Assembly: GCA_001563875.1 (NCBI GenBank)
Contig: LKMN01000007.1
Coordinates: 1-33,824 of the forward strand
Reading direction: 5' to 3'
DNA length: 33,824 bases
From: Nanohaloarchaea archaeon B1-Br10_U2g1
GTDB taxonomy: Archaea; Nanohalarchaeota; Nanosalinia; Nanosalinales; Nanosalinaceae
Each line of letters opens with the position of its first letter. Position 1 is the stretch's first letter. Of this stretch, positions 1 to 9,481 are shown in pieces. A model generated the notes under the pieces. It searched no databases. It had not been told where the DNA came from and worked only from the letters and a program-made list of their open reading frames with translations. A program made the position numbers and the translations under genes.

Positions 1-14
1 CACGATTCTCGTTT

Positions 15-491
15 TTAATAACTTGTTTCTTCCAGTTCATGCTCTAAAATTTTATTTCCGTTCTTATCAAAGTAGAAGACTCCTTCAAACTGTTTATTGT
101 CCAACATTAGAGGTATCCAGTACCTGTCATCTGGCCACATCTTGCCGAGCGGTATTTCGTCTGTTTTGAACCATTCGGGATTAGCTTCTTCTGTCTCTCG
201 AGGTTCGCCTTTGTACTGGCTTGTCCGGAATACATCTACATCCATGAAAGGCTTGTCTCCGAAATAAAACTGTAGTTCTCCTACTTTCTCAAGTTTCTCT
301 ATCTCCAACCTAGTTTCTTCTTTAACCTCTCTTTTGGTGGCCTCTTTTGAGGATTCACCTTCTTCTATTTTCCCTCCTGGAGCGTTGTAAAGTCCTTCTC
401 CAAGACCTCTCTTCTTTTTGATTAGAAGTACTTCGTCTTCATCAAAGACAAAACAGAGGTTGGCAGACATCTCAAATTCATCTCTATCCAT
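15..491 (-). CDS. NUDIX hydrolase, MutT/MTH1-like 8-oxo-dGTP diphosphatase
   Basis: Nudix box GGKIEEGESSKEATKREVKEETRL; MTH1-like KKRGLGEG and MWPDD motifs. Confidence 0.9.
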   Translation of the reverse strand: MDRDEFEMSANLCFVFDEDEVLLIKKKRGLGEGLYNAPGGKIEEGESSKEATKREVKEETRLEIEKLEKVGELQFYFGDKPFMDVDVFRTSQYKGEPRETEEANPEWFKTDEIPLGKMWPDDRYWIPLMLDNKQFEGVFYFDKNGNKILEHELEETSY

Positions 492-559
492 AGCTAGATT
501 TAGATAAGTGTATGAACCTTCTTTTAGATTACCTCTTCAAAGCTGAAAAATTCTTCCTG

Positions 560-1042
560 CTATATGGTTAGTGATAATAGAAATAAGAGTAGCATAACAA
601 AGGTTAGGGCTACCTTAGCGAATATAGAACTCAATAAAGCCATAGTGGTTGTTATGCTTGATTGAAAAGCTTTTTCAGAATCTTTTCCTAACATTATCTC
701 TCTTAAGAATACTACTCCTGCTACCCCAATTATTATGCCGAAAGGCCCGGTGAAGAGGAAAAGTAGTCCTGCTGCTATGCCTGCCATCAAAGCTGTTTTC
801 TGAGATGCTCCTGATTTATCAGCTCCTATATATGTTGCGATGTAATCAACCGCGATAGCAAATATTCCTGTAAATATGATTACACCAAAAAGTATGGGTC
901 CTGGCGTGCTGTAACCGGTGCTCCACCAGTACAGAAAAACGCCTATGACTGAGAATAATGGTCCTGGTAGAGACGGTACAATACTTCCTACAATACCGAT
1001 TAACAATAATGCTAGAGCAGCAAAGAGGTATAGAGAGGTCAT
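560..1042 (-). CDS. DUF456 (YqgC-like) membrane protein
   Basis: Hydrophobic throughout; VPSLPGP N-terminal motif, GAxKSGAS and GPFG motifs; ATGA overlap with upstream gene. Confidence 0.8.
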   Translation of the reverse strand: MTSLYLFAALALLLIGIVGSIVPSLPGPLFSVIGVFLYWWSTGYSTPGPILFGVIIFTGIFAIAVDYIATYIGADKSGASQKTALMAGIAAGLLFLFTGPFGIIIGVAGVVFLREIMLGKDSEKAFQSSITTTMALLSSIFAKVALTFVMLLLFLLSLTI

Positions 1043-1920
1043 TCGTTACCTTCTAAATACTCTCTTACTGTTATAAGTTCGCCCATGTTCTTGTGGAACT
1101 GTTCTAAACTGTTGTCTTGGACTGTGTTATCGATTTTGAGAGAGTGGTACTGGTCCAGACCAAAGGGCACAAAGTCCAGATGTTCAGACAAGGTCAATCC
1201 ATACTTCACTGCTATCAGCGGTACAGGCAGTACTTTCAGACCTCTTCCTTTCTGTTTTTCAACTGTCTTAGATATCTCTGCCAATGTTAAGACTTCAGGA
1301 CCTCCTATATTGTAGGCCTGATCTATGTGTTTCTCATCTTCAACAGCTTCTAAAAAGAGGTCTGCTATGTCCTCGACGTAGATAGGTTGAAACCGGTTTC
1401 TACCTCCTCCGGGAAGGAAGGTTAGATATGGTGTCAGAAGGCTTTCTGTAAAGTTTAGAAACTGTCCTCCTTCGCCGAATATTACCGAGGGCCGGAAGAC
1501 TGTCCAGTCGAGTTCAGAGTCTTTAACCTGTCTCTCCGCTTCGCCTTTAGTTCTAAGATAAGCAGTATCCGCATCTGTTTCGGCTCCCAATGCACTCATA
1601 TGTATGTAACGAGAGATGTCCGAAGAACGGCATTCTTCCAGCACATTTTCTGTTCCTTCAAAATGTACTTTCTCGTATGGTACAGAAGGCTTTTTGAGAG
1701 GCGAAAGACCTACAAGATGGATGACGGTATCGAACTCCTCGAAGTTCAAAGTATCCGGATCCGTCACGTCACATTTAATAGCTTCTACGTTAGGAGGTAG
1801 GTCTAGGACAGTTTTTTCGGGGTTAAGCCCTCCTACAGTTACGTTATGTCCTGAATAAGCTAGTCTGTGTGCAAGATGGGATCCTACAAAACCTGTTCCT
1901 CCTGTTACAAATATCTTCAT
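1039..1920 (-). CDS. NAD(P)-binding SDR, complex I NDUFA9-like / epimerase family
   Basis: GGTGFVG Rossmann motif, HMSALGA, YLRTK, RPSVIFG, FQPIYVED. Confidence 0.88.
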   Translation of the reverse strand: MKIFVTGGTGFVGSHLAHRLAYSGHNVTVGGLNPEKTVLDLPPNVEAIKCDVTDPDTLNFEEFDTVIHLVGLSPLKKPSVPYEKVHFEGTENVLEECRSSDISRYIHMSALGAETDADTAYLRTKGEAERQVKDSELDWTVFRPSVIFGEGGQFLNFTESLLTPYLTFLPGGGRNRFQPIYVEDIADLFLEAVEDEKHIDQAYNIGGPEVLTLAEISKTVEKQKGRGLKVLPVPLIAVKYGLTLSEHLDFVPFGLDQYHSLKIDNTVQDNSLEQFHKNMGELITVREYLEGNE

Positions 1921-2005
1921 TATATTAATATTTTGTTTAATATTAGTATTAGAGTTTTTGGAGCTAGATCGATAACTTTTGGCAGCTTAGTTAGAATGGA
2001 GGCTT

Positions 2006-2359
2006 TCAGAAGCGAATGCTCTGACGCGGTTGAGTCTTGTCAGGATGCGGATCTAGGAGTTGATACTCTTTGTCCTCAACGTTTGCAAACTGTCCGCAGG
2101 ACGGGCATCGGCCATAACCGTTATGCTCCGAATTTACTTTTTCAGAGTATCCGCATACACACTCTAAACGGCTTGACATAGGATCTACCTTTAGATCAAT
2201 CCTTTCAAGTATTGTTCCCCGAGAGAAGTATTTGAAGAGCTGTTCAAACCTTTCAGGTTTACAGAGGTTTTCATTAATCTCAACATGGGCTGAGCCGTTT
2301 GTCGAAACGCTTGAAAGATCCTGCATAACCTCAATTAGAACATTTCCTAACTTCTTCAT
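2006..2359 (-). CDS. HypA-like zinc-finger protein (divergent)
   Basis: 117 aa; C-x-CG...CPSCG zinc site; F..FSRGTILE..DLKV segment resembles HypA; N-terminal MHE motif absent. Confidence 0.55.
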   Translation of the reverse strand: MKKLGNVLIEVMQDLSSVSTNGSAHVEINENLCKPERFEQLFKYFSRGTILERIDLKVDPMSSRLECVCGYSEKVNSEHNGYGRCPSCGQFANVEDKEYQLLDPHPDKTQPRQSIRF

Positions 2360-2542
2360 CTATATCCTCTTACAGTCATTTCTGTTTCTCTGATCACTAC
2401 CCTTCCCCATACACAAGTACAGGGATACAGCCATTTAATTAAGTTAAGGTATCAGTGCTCTGAATACCATTAGGGATTAAAGAGGTTCTCAGAGATTTTA
2501 ACTCATTAAAATTGTGTGATTAACAATAGAAATTAACTTAGT

Positions 2543-2617
2543 TAGCGGGGCGTGGATTTGAACCACGGACCTCCGGGTTATGAGCCCGACGAGCACTCCT
2601 GGCTGCTCCACCCCGCT
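2543..2617 (-). tRNA. initiator tRNA-Met (CAT)
   Basis: Minus strand reads AGCGGGGTGGAGCAGCCAGGAGTGCTCGTCGGGCTCATAACCCGGAGGTCCGTGGTTCAAATCCACGCCCCGCTA; A1:U72 pair, three G-C pairs closing the anticodon stem; CCA not encoded. Confidence 0.97.
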
Positions 2618-2795
2618 TCAACCTAATTTTAACATGTCTGACTGGTTTTGAATCAGTCAAATCGGTTTTCAACTGGTTAACAGTTATGCTTCTTGTCTGA
2701 AGCGTATGAATGAATCTGTGCGGTGAATCTTTTAAACTATGTTCCAGGTTTTCCGGGGAAAGGATAAAAACATCGGAGATGTCATACAGGTTTCT

Positions 2796-3458
2796 ATGGT
2801 AAAGGTGCTTGGAGTAGATGAGGCTGGCAGAGGTCCCGTAATAGGAAGTATGTTTATTGGAGGCTTCATGGCAGAAGAAAGCGATTTAGAAAAAGTTGAA
2901 GAACTAGGAGTTAAAGACTCTAAGAAACTTTCTAACGTTAAAAGAGATTCAATAGATGAAGTACTGGAAAACTATGGAGATACTTTTCTTAAGGAGGTAG
3001 AAGCTTCTGAAATAGATGAGCTCCGAGAGATAATGTCGATAAACGAAATTGAGCTACAGGCATTTGTAGATGTGATTGAAAGAGCAGATCCCGATAAAGT
3101 CTTCGTTGATTTGCCGGAGCCTGACGGAGACCGTTTCATTAGAAAGATGAAGAAAGAGCTACCTCGTAGGTTCCAAGATATTGAGTTTGTGGCAGAACAC
3201 GAGGCAGATGATACCTATCCAATAGTCTCTGCAGCCTCAATTGTAGCCAAATCTGCTCGTGAACGGCATATCAAGAGGCTTCAGGAGAAGTATGGCTACG
3301 ACTTCAAATCAGGTTACCCTCATGACAAACCAACCATAAAGTTCTTGGAAAGATTTGTTGAAGAAAAGGGAGAGCTGCCGCCAGAAACACGTAAATCTTG
3401 GAGTACGGCTGAGAGGATTCTGAAGGAGAATAGCCAGAGCGGTCTAGAAGACTTCTAA
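2796..3458 (+). CDS. rnhB: ribonuclease HII
   Basis: GVDEAGRGPVIG, GVKDSKKL, VSAASIVAK, SGYP motifs; start moved from 2739 to ATG 2796 (MVKVLGVDE). Confidence 0.95.
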   Translation: MVKVLGVDEAGRGPVIGSMFIGGFMAEESDLEKVEELGVKDSKKLSNVKRDSIDEVLENYGDTFLKEVEASEIDELREIMSINEIELQAFVDVIERADPDKVFVDLPEPDGDRFIRKMKKELPRRFQDIEFVAEHEADDTYPIVSAASIVAKSARERHIKRLQEKYGYDFKSGYPHDKPTIKFLERFVEEKGELPPETRKSWSTAERILKENSQSGLEDF

Positions 3459-3493
3459 TACAATAAAAAGAATAGGTGTTAACTTTCCTGTTT

Positions 3494-4033
3494 ATGGTCA
3501 AAGCCGAAATCACAGAGACCTCTATAAAGATCTGGGACGGGGAAGACGCAGAGAAAGTCCATGATGAACTCTACTATGGAAAGTACGTTGAGGAGAATTA
3601 CCTCGAGCTTTCACTAGTTGAAGCTATGCACTTATATGAAAGAGGAGAGCTCGACCTAACCGAGGACGGTGAGAAGCTAAGTAGAGACCAGGCCTTCCAA
3701 ACTTTCTCAGGGAAAGACGAAGAGTTTGACCACAAGTATGCAGTATACTCTGATCTACGTGAGAGAGGTTACATCGTTAAGACAGGGTTTAAATTCGGAA
3801 CCCATTTTCGTGTATATCCGCGAGGAGTAAATCCGTACAAGGACGGGCCTAAAGAAGATAGAGAACACACAAAATGGATTGTACATGCTGTTCCTGAAAA
3901 CTACAATCAGAACTACCAAGAAATGTCCCGAGCTGTACGTCTAGCACAGAACATCCGTGCAAAAATGCTTTGGGCAGTAGTTGACTCAGAAAGAGAAGTT
4001 ACCTACTACCAAGTCGGGCGTGTGACACCTTAA
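3494..4033 (+). CDS. endA: tRNA-splicing endonuclease, single catalytic-type unit (179 aa)
   Basis: LSLVEAMHL, YAVYSDLRERGY, KTGFKFGTHFRVY, VTYY..RVTP; start at ATG 3494. Confidence 0.93.
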   Translation: MVKAEITETSIKIWDGEDAEKVHDELYYGKYVEENYLELSLVEAMHLYERGELDLTEDGEKLSRDQAFQTFSGKDEEFDHKYAVYSDLRERGYIVKTGFKFGTHFRVYPRGVNPYKDGPKEDREHTKWIVHAVPENYNQNYQEMSRAVRLAQNIRAKMLWAVVDSEREVTYYQVGRVTP

Positions 4034-4065
4034 ATTTTTATGGATGGTTCTATAACTAATTTAAC

Positions 4066-4587
4066 ATGGCTTACAGAAGTTTGTCGTATCCTCTGGACTC
4101 CCCTAATATAAACAAACGTAGATGGGACTTTTGGAACGATTTGGGAATGGATATAGAGCAAATAGATGATTTACGTGCCTTGAGCCAGACACTTAAGACG
4201 ACAACTCTCGAAAAGAAGCCTGTCAACGAGTACAGAAAAGACTTCACCAAACTAGGTGAAGAAGTAGAAGGAGAGATGAGTGTAGATGCTCTTTCTCAAG
4301 TGGATCTTTTTCTGGAAGAAGGAGAAGAAGTAACGGTAAGAGCCTTTGAAGCCAGTTCTTGGCCTGAAGAGGTCTATGATATCCGGCTGGAGGCGGTGGA
4401 TCCTCAAAGTATATCTGAACGTAAAAGAGAGGTTTATGAGAGAGGTTCTATAGTGCTCACAGACGTTCCTCCAGAGGTTGATGACAGAATAACATATGGC
4501 GGAGTCTATGACTTTACTCCTATCCATTTCGGAAGCTATATTGTAGAGCCTGTTGACACAGAACGTAAAGATTTTGGGTATAACTAG
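4066..4587 (+). CDS. hypothetical acidic protein
   Basis: 173-aa ORF with genome-typical acidic composition filling the gap between endA and rhomboid; alternative start ATG 4147; no family recognised. Confidence 0.7.
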   Translation: MAYRSLSYPLDSPNINKRRWDFWNDLGMDIEQIDDLRALSQTLKTTTLEKKPVNEYRKDFTKLGEEVEGEMSVDALSQVDLFLEEGEEVTVRAFEASSWPEEVYDIRLEAVDPQSISERKREVYERGSIVLTDVPPEVDDRITYGGVYDFTPIHFGSYIVEPVDTERKDFGYN

Positions 4588-4609
4588 CCTTAAATCCTTT
4601 CTACTCTCT

Positions 4610-5500
4610 CTAAACTTCCAAGGGGTTGAAAACTGAGGCTTTTCTAGCATATCTTTCCTGAAGTTTCTTACCAAAGTAAACTCCTACCAGTAGCCCTGCT
4701 AGGTGTGCTGATGATGCGAAAGGCCAAACCTGTACTCCTAAGACTCTTAATAAGACGTTGAATGTTTCGAAAGCTCCAAAGGCGTACAAACCTGTCTTAA
4801 TCTTCATAGGTATTATAAAGAACAGAAGTATATCGGCTTTAGGATAAAGCATTGCTACAGCAGCAAATACCGCAACTACTGCGCCTGATGCTCCTACTGC
4901 TGAACCTAGAAGTTCTGGGTTGTCATGAATCAAGTTTAGAAAGTTTCTGAAAACTACAAAAGCCATACTTGCCACTATGCCTGAAGCAAAATAGAACTTA
5001 ATGAACCTCTTGCTGCCTATCAGTCTCTCTAATGCGGTCCCGAAAAAGTAGAGAGTGATCATGTTGGCAAACAAGTGTAACTCGCTTCCATGTAGAAACA
5101 TCACTGATACGATGCTCCAGGGAACCTGCGCTAGCTCGGATAGATCTGACTGAAGCGCGAAATTTTCATATACAATATTGTCCGCAGGGGTAGGCCCTAG
5201 AGATAGCTGTAAGAGATATATGAATGATGTGAAAAGTATTATAGAAAGTGTGTGGCTGTTCCGGAAAGTATTGAAAATATCTTTAGCTATAGACGGTTTA
5301 TGGTTTCTCTTTGGAGGAGTATTCTTCACTTCTTTCTCTTTAAACCATTTATCGTTCTCTTCTTTCTCCTTTTCAATAGACTTCTCAAGTCCTTGACAGT
5401 CATGGTTTTCTGGTAGACGGTGTTCGGAACAGAACTTTTCGCCACAGTAGCGGCATTTAAAGCTCATATCTTCCTTACCACATTTTGAACACTCCGTCAT
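4610..5500 (-). CDS. rhomboid intramembrane serine protease with N-terminal AN1-type zinc finger
   Basis: CxxC..FKCRYCGEKFCSEHRLPENHDC (AN1); HxxxxHLFAN, GASG catalytic Ser, AHLAG catalytic His. Confidence 0.93.
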   Translation of the reverse strand: MTECSKCGKEDMSFKCRYCGEKFCSEHRLPENHDCQGLEKSIEKEKEENDKWFKEKEVKNTPPKRNHKPSIAKDIFNTFRNSHTLSIILFTSFIYLLQLSLGPTPADNIVYENFALQSDLSELAQVPWSIVSVMFLHGSELHLFANMITLYFFGTALERLIGSKRFIKFYFASGIVASMAFVVFRNFLNLIHDNPELLGSAVGASGAVVAVFAAVAMLYPKADILLFFIIPMKIKTGLYAFGAFETFNVLLRVLGVQVWPFASSAHLAGLLVGVYFGKKLQERYARKASVFNPLEV

Positions 5501-5568
5501 ACGGAAACTTCCTCAACCACATTTTTATCATAACGGATTCAGAACAAGAAGAAAAAGGAGAGAAGCTA

Positions 5569-7272
5569 TTATAGAAACTCTGAGAGCTCTGAAACCTCTA
5601 CTCTTTCCTGCTCTGTAGAGTCTCTATCTCTTACTGTAACCGTTTCCGGGTCATCTTCGAGAGTCTCGTAGTCGACTGTTATGCAGTAAGGTGTACCAAC
5701 TTCATCCTGTCTTCTGTACCGTTTACCGATATTCCCGGTATCGTCATATTTGACTGAAAAACCTTCATCTCTCAGTTGGGAAGCTATCTCCCTAGCTTTC
5801 TCGCCTAAACCGTCTTTATCCATTAAAGGGAATACAGCTACTTCTGTAGGAGCAACTTCCTCTGTTAAACGCAAGACGGTTCTCTTCTCGTTGTCAACCT
5901 CGTCCTCGTCATAAGCATGAGCTAAAACTGTGTAAACCATTCTGTCGATACCGAATGAAGGTTCTACGACATGAGGGATAATGTGTTCTCCGGTTTTAGT
6001 CACTGTTTTTCTTTCAAAATTACATTTTTCTGTAGGTATCTCAAAGCTCTTGTTTTCCAGTTTGGCCTCTACAGTCTCTCCTTGGAATTCCTCCGGACTT
6101 TTCTTGGCTTTCTCCTGAATTTTCTCAGCAATTTGAGCTGCTTTGTTGCCGTATTCGGGTCCCAGGAAACCCATATCTGGATCTGCTTCTGTCACCTTTT
6201 TCTCGATCGGCTCATCGTATTCTTTGAAGACAGTATAGTCTTCTTCGCTGTACTCATCGTGTTTCTTAAGGTCGTAGCAGCCTCTGTACGCGAAACCGGT
6301 TATTTCTATCCAGTCTCCGTCGACTTGACTTTCCGCATCCCAGCAGTCGGATGCGTAATGAGAGAGTTCGTCGTTCTGATGCTGTCTAAAACGGAAACGT
6401 TCCATGTCGACACCTATGCTTCTGTACCATTCTGTAGCTAAACCTAGATAGTAGGCTATCCAATCTGATTTGATGACGTCCTGTTCAACAGCTTCCTTTA
6501 CTGTCATTTCCTCACCTCTCTTATCTTTGTTTTGTGCTTCTCTGGAGTAGAGTTTCAGCTCGATATCCTCTACGTCAGAGATAGGAGGTCTGTCTTCTTC
6601 AGGATCAATGAAATGTTCAAGTTCGGCTTGTGTGAGCTCTCTGACCCTGACTAGACCTTTCCGTGGCGAGATTTCGTTTCTATAGGACTTACCTATCTGT
6701 GTTATACCGAACGGTAGCTGGTTCCTCATGTACTCTTTGAATCTGGGGAACTCGACGAAAATTCCCTGAGCTGTCTCAGGTCTTAGATATCCTTTCTGTC
6801 CTGATCCGGGTCCTATACTAGTCTTGAACATCAGGTTGAAGTCTTCAACCGGTATGTCTGATAGATCTTCTTCACAGTTCGGACATTTTAGGCTGTTTTC
6901 TCTGATAATCTCCTCTATCTTGTCGGTTGAGAATCCTTCTGCTTCACCTATCCCCGTATTATCTTCGACTATATGGTCAGCTCTAGAAGAGGTTCCGCAC
7001 TCAGGACATTCTATAATCATGTCATCAAAGGTTTCTAAATGTCCTGAAGCTTCGAAAACTGCTTCAGGCATTATTGTAGGTGCTTCTATTTCTCTGTGTC
7101 CCAAAGAATCGGAGAATTTGTTTCTCCAGCTGTTTTCTATGTTACGTTTTAGTTCAGCTCCTTCAGGACCAAATGTTTGGAATCCTGCAACTCCTCCATA
7201 GGCTTCAGCAGTCTGTGAGAAAAATCCTCTTCTTTTAGACAGCTCAGAAATTTTTCTTGTTAAATCTTCCAT
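5569..7272 (-). CDS. glyS: glycine--tRNA ligase (archaeal/eukaryotic alpha2 type)
   Basis: YLRPETAQG, YRNEISPR, RELTQAELE, HVVEPSFGIDR, anticodon-binding IGKRYRRQDEVGTP. Confidence 0.97.
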   Translation of the reverse strand: MEDLTRKISELSKRRGFFSQTAEAYGGVAGFQTFGPEGAELKRNIENSWRNKFSDSLGHREIEAPTIMPEAVFEASGHLETFDDMIIECPECGTSSRADHIVEDNTGIGEAEGFSTDKIEEIIRENSLKCPNCEEDLSDIPVEDFNLMFKTSIGPGSGQKGYLRPETAQGIFVEFPRFKEYMRNQLPFGITQIGKSYRNEISPRKGLVRVRELTQAELEHFIDPEEDRPPISDVEDIELKLYSREAQNKDKRGEEMTVKEAVEQDVIKSDWIAYYLGLATEWYRSIGVDMERFRFRQHQNDELSHYASDCWDAESQVDGDWIEITGFAYRGCYDLKKHDEYSEEDYTVFKEYDEPIEKKVTEADPDMGFLGPEYGNKAAQIAEKIQEKAKKSPEEFQGETVEAKLENKSFEIPTEKCNFERKTVTKTGEHIIPHVVEPSFGIDRMVYTVLAHAYDEDEVDNEKRTVLRLTEEVAPTEVAVFPLMDKDGLGEKAREIASQLRDEGFSVKYDDTGNIGKRYRRQDEVGTPYCITVDYETLEDDPETVTVRDRDSTEQERVEVSELSEFL

Positions 7273-7480
7273 AAGAAATCAACTCTCAAGGAATTTTTTA
7301 TAGTGAGAACTAGAAAGGTTTTGAAAGTTCGAAAATTTATCGTTGAACCGGTTGAGCCGGTCCAAAACATCCACCCTTGATTGGCATTGTACTTCTGATT
7401 AAGAATGTACGAAGAAAGTTTTTAAGCATGTTCTATAAACGGAACCGGTAAAAACCATGGTCTAAAACCCTTATACAGTT

Positions 7481-8656
7481 ATGAATACTTTGGATGATGT
7501 GGATGTTAAAGGTCGTAAAGTCATACTTAGGACTGATATCAATCTGCCTGTGGAGGACGGTCATCCGAACAAGACAGTACGTTTCGACCGTTACATGGAA
7601 ACTATACAGGAGCTTTCTGATAGAGGAGCAAAGACGTTAGTTGTAGCCCATCAGGGAAGACCAGAGAGAGACGACTTTATATCGCTAGAGGAGCATGTTG
7701 AAATGGTTTCTGAGGAACTAGGTCAAGACACGGTTTTCATAAACTCTTTTTTCGGTAGTGAACTAGATGAAGAGTTTGAAAATCTTGAGAAAGGGGAGGT
7801 AGCTCTACTTGAGAATATACGTCTGCTTTCTGAGGAGCTGGAATCAGCAAGCTCTGAACAACACAGTAAGGATCTATTCATCGAAAATCTGGCAGAGAAA
7901 GCAGATCTTTATGTGAACGATGCCTTTTCAGTAGCTCATAGAGCCCATGCTTCGGTTATGGGTTTTGAGCCGCTTTTGGAATCTATAGCTGGAAGGGTAA
8001 TGCAACAAGAGTTAGAAAACTGTAGAAAGATACGTGAAGAGCTAGAAGAACCACTTCTAGTTCTTGGAGGAGAAAAACCATCTGATATAATAGGGGTTAT
8101 CGAAGAACTGGTTGAAAAAACAGATAAAATTCTTTTAGGAGGTATACCGGGAGAACTATCTCTAATTATAAAGGGTAACAATCTTGGAGAAAAGAGAGAG
8201 TGGATAGAGAAGAACGGTTTAGATGAGGAAAAAGAAACACTGGAAAGGCTGCTAGATAACCACGGCGATAAGATAATCGTTCCTGTGGACGTAGAAACAG
8301 GTCAAAGTTCTAAAAAACCTGGAAAAATAGGTGGAGAGGAAATGGTGTGGGACATAGGAAGAGAAACAGCCTCAAACTATGCAGAAGAGATAAAAAACGC
8401 GGAAACAGTGCTTATGAAAGGACCTATGGGAGCCTTTGACCAAGGGCACGGTAACGGTACAAGAAAGATAGTAGAAGCTATCGCCGAATCTGAGGGTTTC
8501 ACCGTTCTAGGAGGAGGACATACATCCTCGCTGGTGCAAAGGTTTGGACACAGTCTAGACGATTTCTCCCATGTGTCCATAGCTGGAGGAGCATTCGTAA
8601 GATTCATGTCGGGAGAAGAGCTTCCGGCTGTAAAATCACTGGAGAAGTATTCATAA
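7481..8656 (+). CDS. pgk: phosphoglycerate kinase
   Basis: RTDINLP, HQGRP, LLENIR, VNDAFSVAHRAHAS, GPMGAF, GGGHT, HVSIAGGA. Confidence 0.95.
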   Translation: MNTLDDVDVKGRKVILRTDINLPVEDGHPNKTVRFDRYMETIQELSDRGAKTLVVAHQGRPERDDFISLEEHVEMVSEELGQDTVFINSFFGSELDEEFENLEKGEVALLENIRLLSEELESASSEQHSKDLFIENLAEKADLYVNDAFSVAHRAHASVMGFEPLLESIAGRVMQQELENCRKIREELEEPLLVLGGEKPSDIIGVIEELVEKTDKILLGGIPGELSLIIKGNNLGEKREWIEKNGLDEEKETLERLLDNHGDKIIVPVDVETGQSSKKPGKIGGEEMVWDIGRETASNYAEEIKNAETVLMKGPMGAFDQGHGNGTRKIVEAIAESEGFTVLGGGHTSSLVQRFGHSLDDFSHVSIAGGAFVRFMSGEELPAVKSLEKYS

Positions 8657-8675
8657 ACTTGTAAGACGTGAAGAA

Positions 8676-9449
8676 ATGTTTATGAGAGTTGAACAGTTAG
8701 GAGAAGGAAAGCCAGAGTTCGCGGTAGTAGGTTTAGTGCATGGAGACGAGCCATGTGGTAAAAAAGCTATCGAAAAGTTTCTCAACGAAGAACACGACTT
8801 GAAAAAGCCTGTGAAGTTTATTATAGCAAATGAGAAAGCTCTGGAAGAAGATAAACGTTTTATAGAGGCAGACCTGAACCGTAGCTTTCCAGGAGACAGA
8901 GAATCTGACATGTATGAGGAAAGATTGGCGGCTGAACTATTGGAGGAGCTTGAAGACCTAACAGTTCTAGATATACATTCAACTCGTTCTTATCCGAAGC
9001 CTTTCGCAACTATGAAAAGTTTCCGCGAAACTGATAGAGAGCTTGTCGAGTCAACAGGAGTCAATAAAGCAGTACTGTTCGAAGATGGTTCAGGCACATT
9101 AACAGAGTTCGTAAACGGCATTATTGTTGAATCAGGTTTTCAGAAGTCGGACCAAGCAATTGAAAACGCTTATAGTATAATCAAAAACTTCTTAGCAGCT
9201 CATGGCGTAATAGATGATGATTACGTGCTGTCAGAGCCGGAGTATTATCGGTATGAAGAGACTGTTGAAGGAGACTACGAGTTCTTGGCCGAGAACTTTG
9301 AGAGAGTTAGAGAAGGAGAGGTATACGCTAGCAACGCCGATAGGGAACTAGAGGCTGAAAGAGATTTCTATCCTGTGCTGATGTCTACAGAAGGCTACAA
9401 GGGGATGCTGGGTTTTAAGGCCGAAAAAATAAGTCAGATTGATTCGTAG
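8676..9449 (+). CDS. succinylglutamate desuccinylase / aspartoacylase family (M14-like) hydrolase
   Basis: VHGDEPCG, DLNRSFPG, LDIHS zinc/substrate motifs. Confidence 0.88.
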   Translation: MFMRVEQLGEGKPEFAVVGLVHGDEPCGKKAIEKFLNEEHDLKKPVKFIIANEKALEEDKRFIEADLNRSFPGDRESDMYEERLAAELLEELEDLTVLDIHSTRSYPKPFATMKSFRETDRELVESTGVNKAVLFEDGSGTLTEFVNGIIVESGFQKSDQAIENAYSIIKNFLAAHGVIDDDYVLSEPEYYRYEETVEGDYEFLAENFERVREGEVYASNADRELEAERDFYPVLMSTEGYKGMLGFKAEKISQIDS

Positions 9450-9481
9450 AGAATAAAAGAACGTCTGTTGATTCATTATAT

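Noticed and set aside
2739-2795. N-terminal extensions in the ORF track for rnhB (also endA, pheT, vWA)
   Set aside because: Family N-termini and SD/overlap context favour downstream starts at 2796, 3494, 12968 and 32435.
4610-5500. AN1 zinc finger-rhomboid fusion as a novelty
   Set aside because: This architecture is already known from halophilic archaea.
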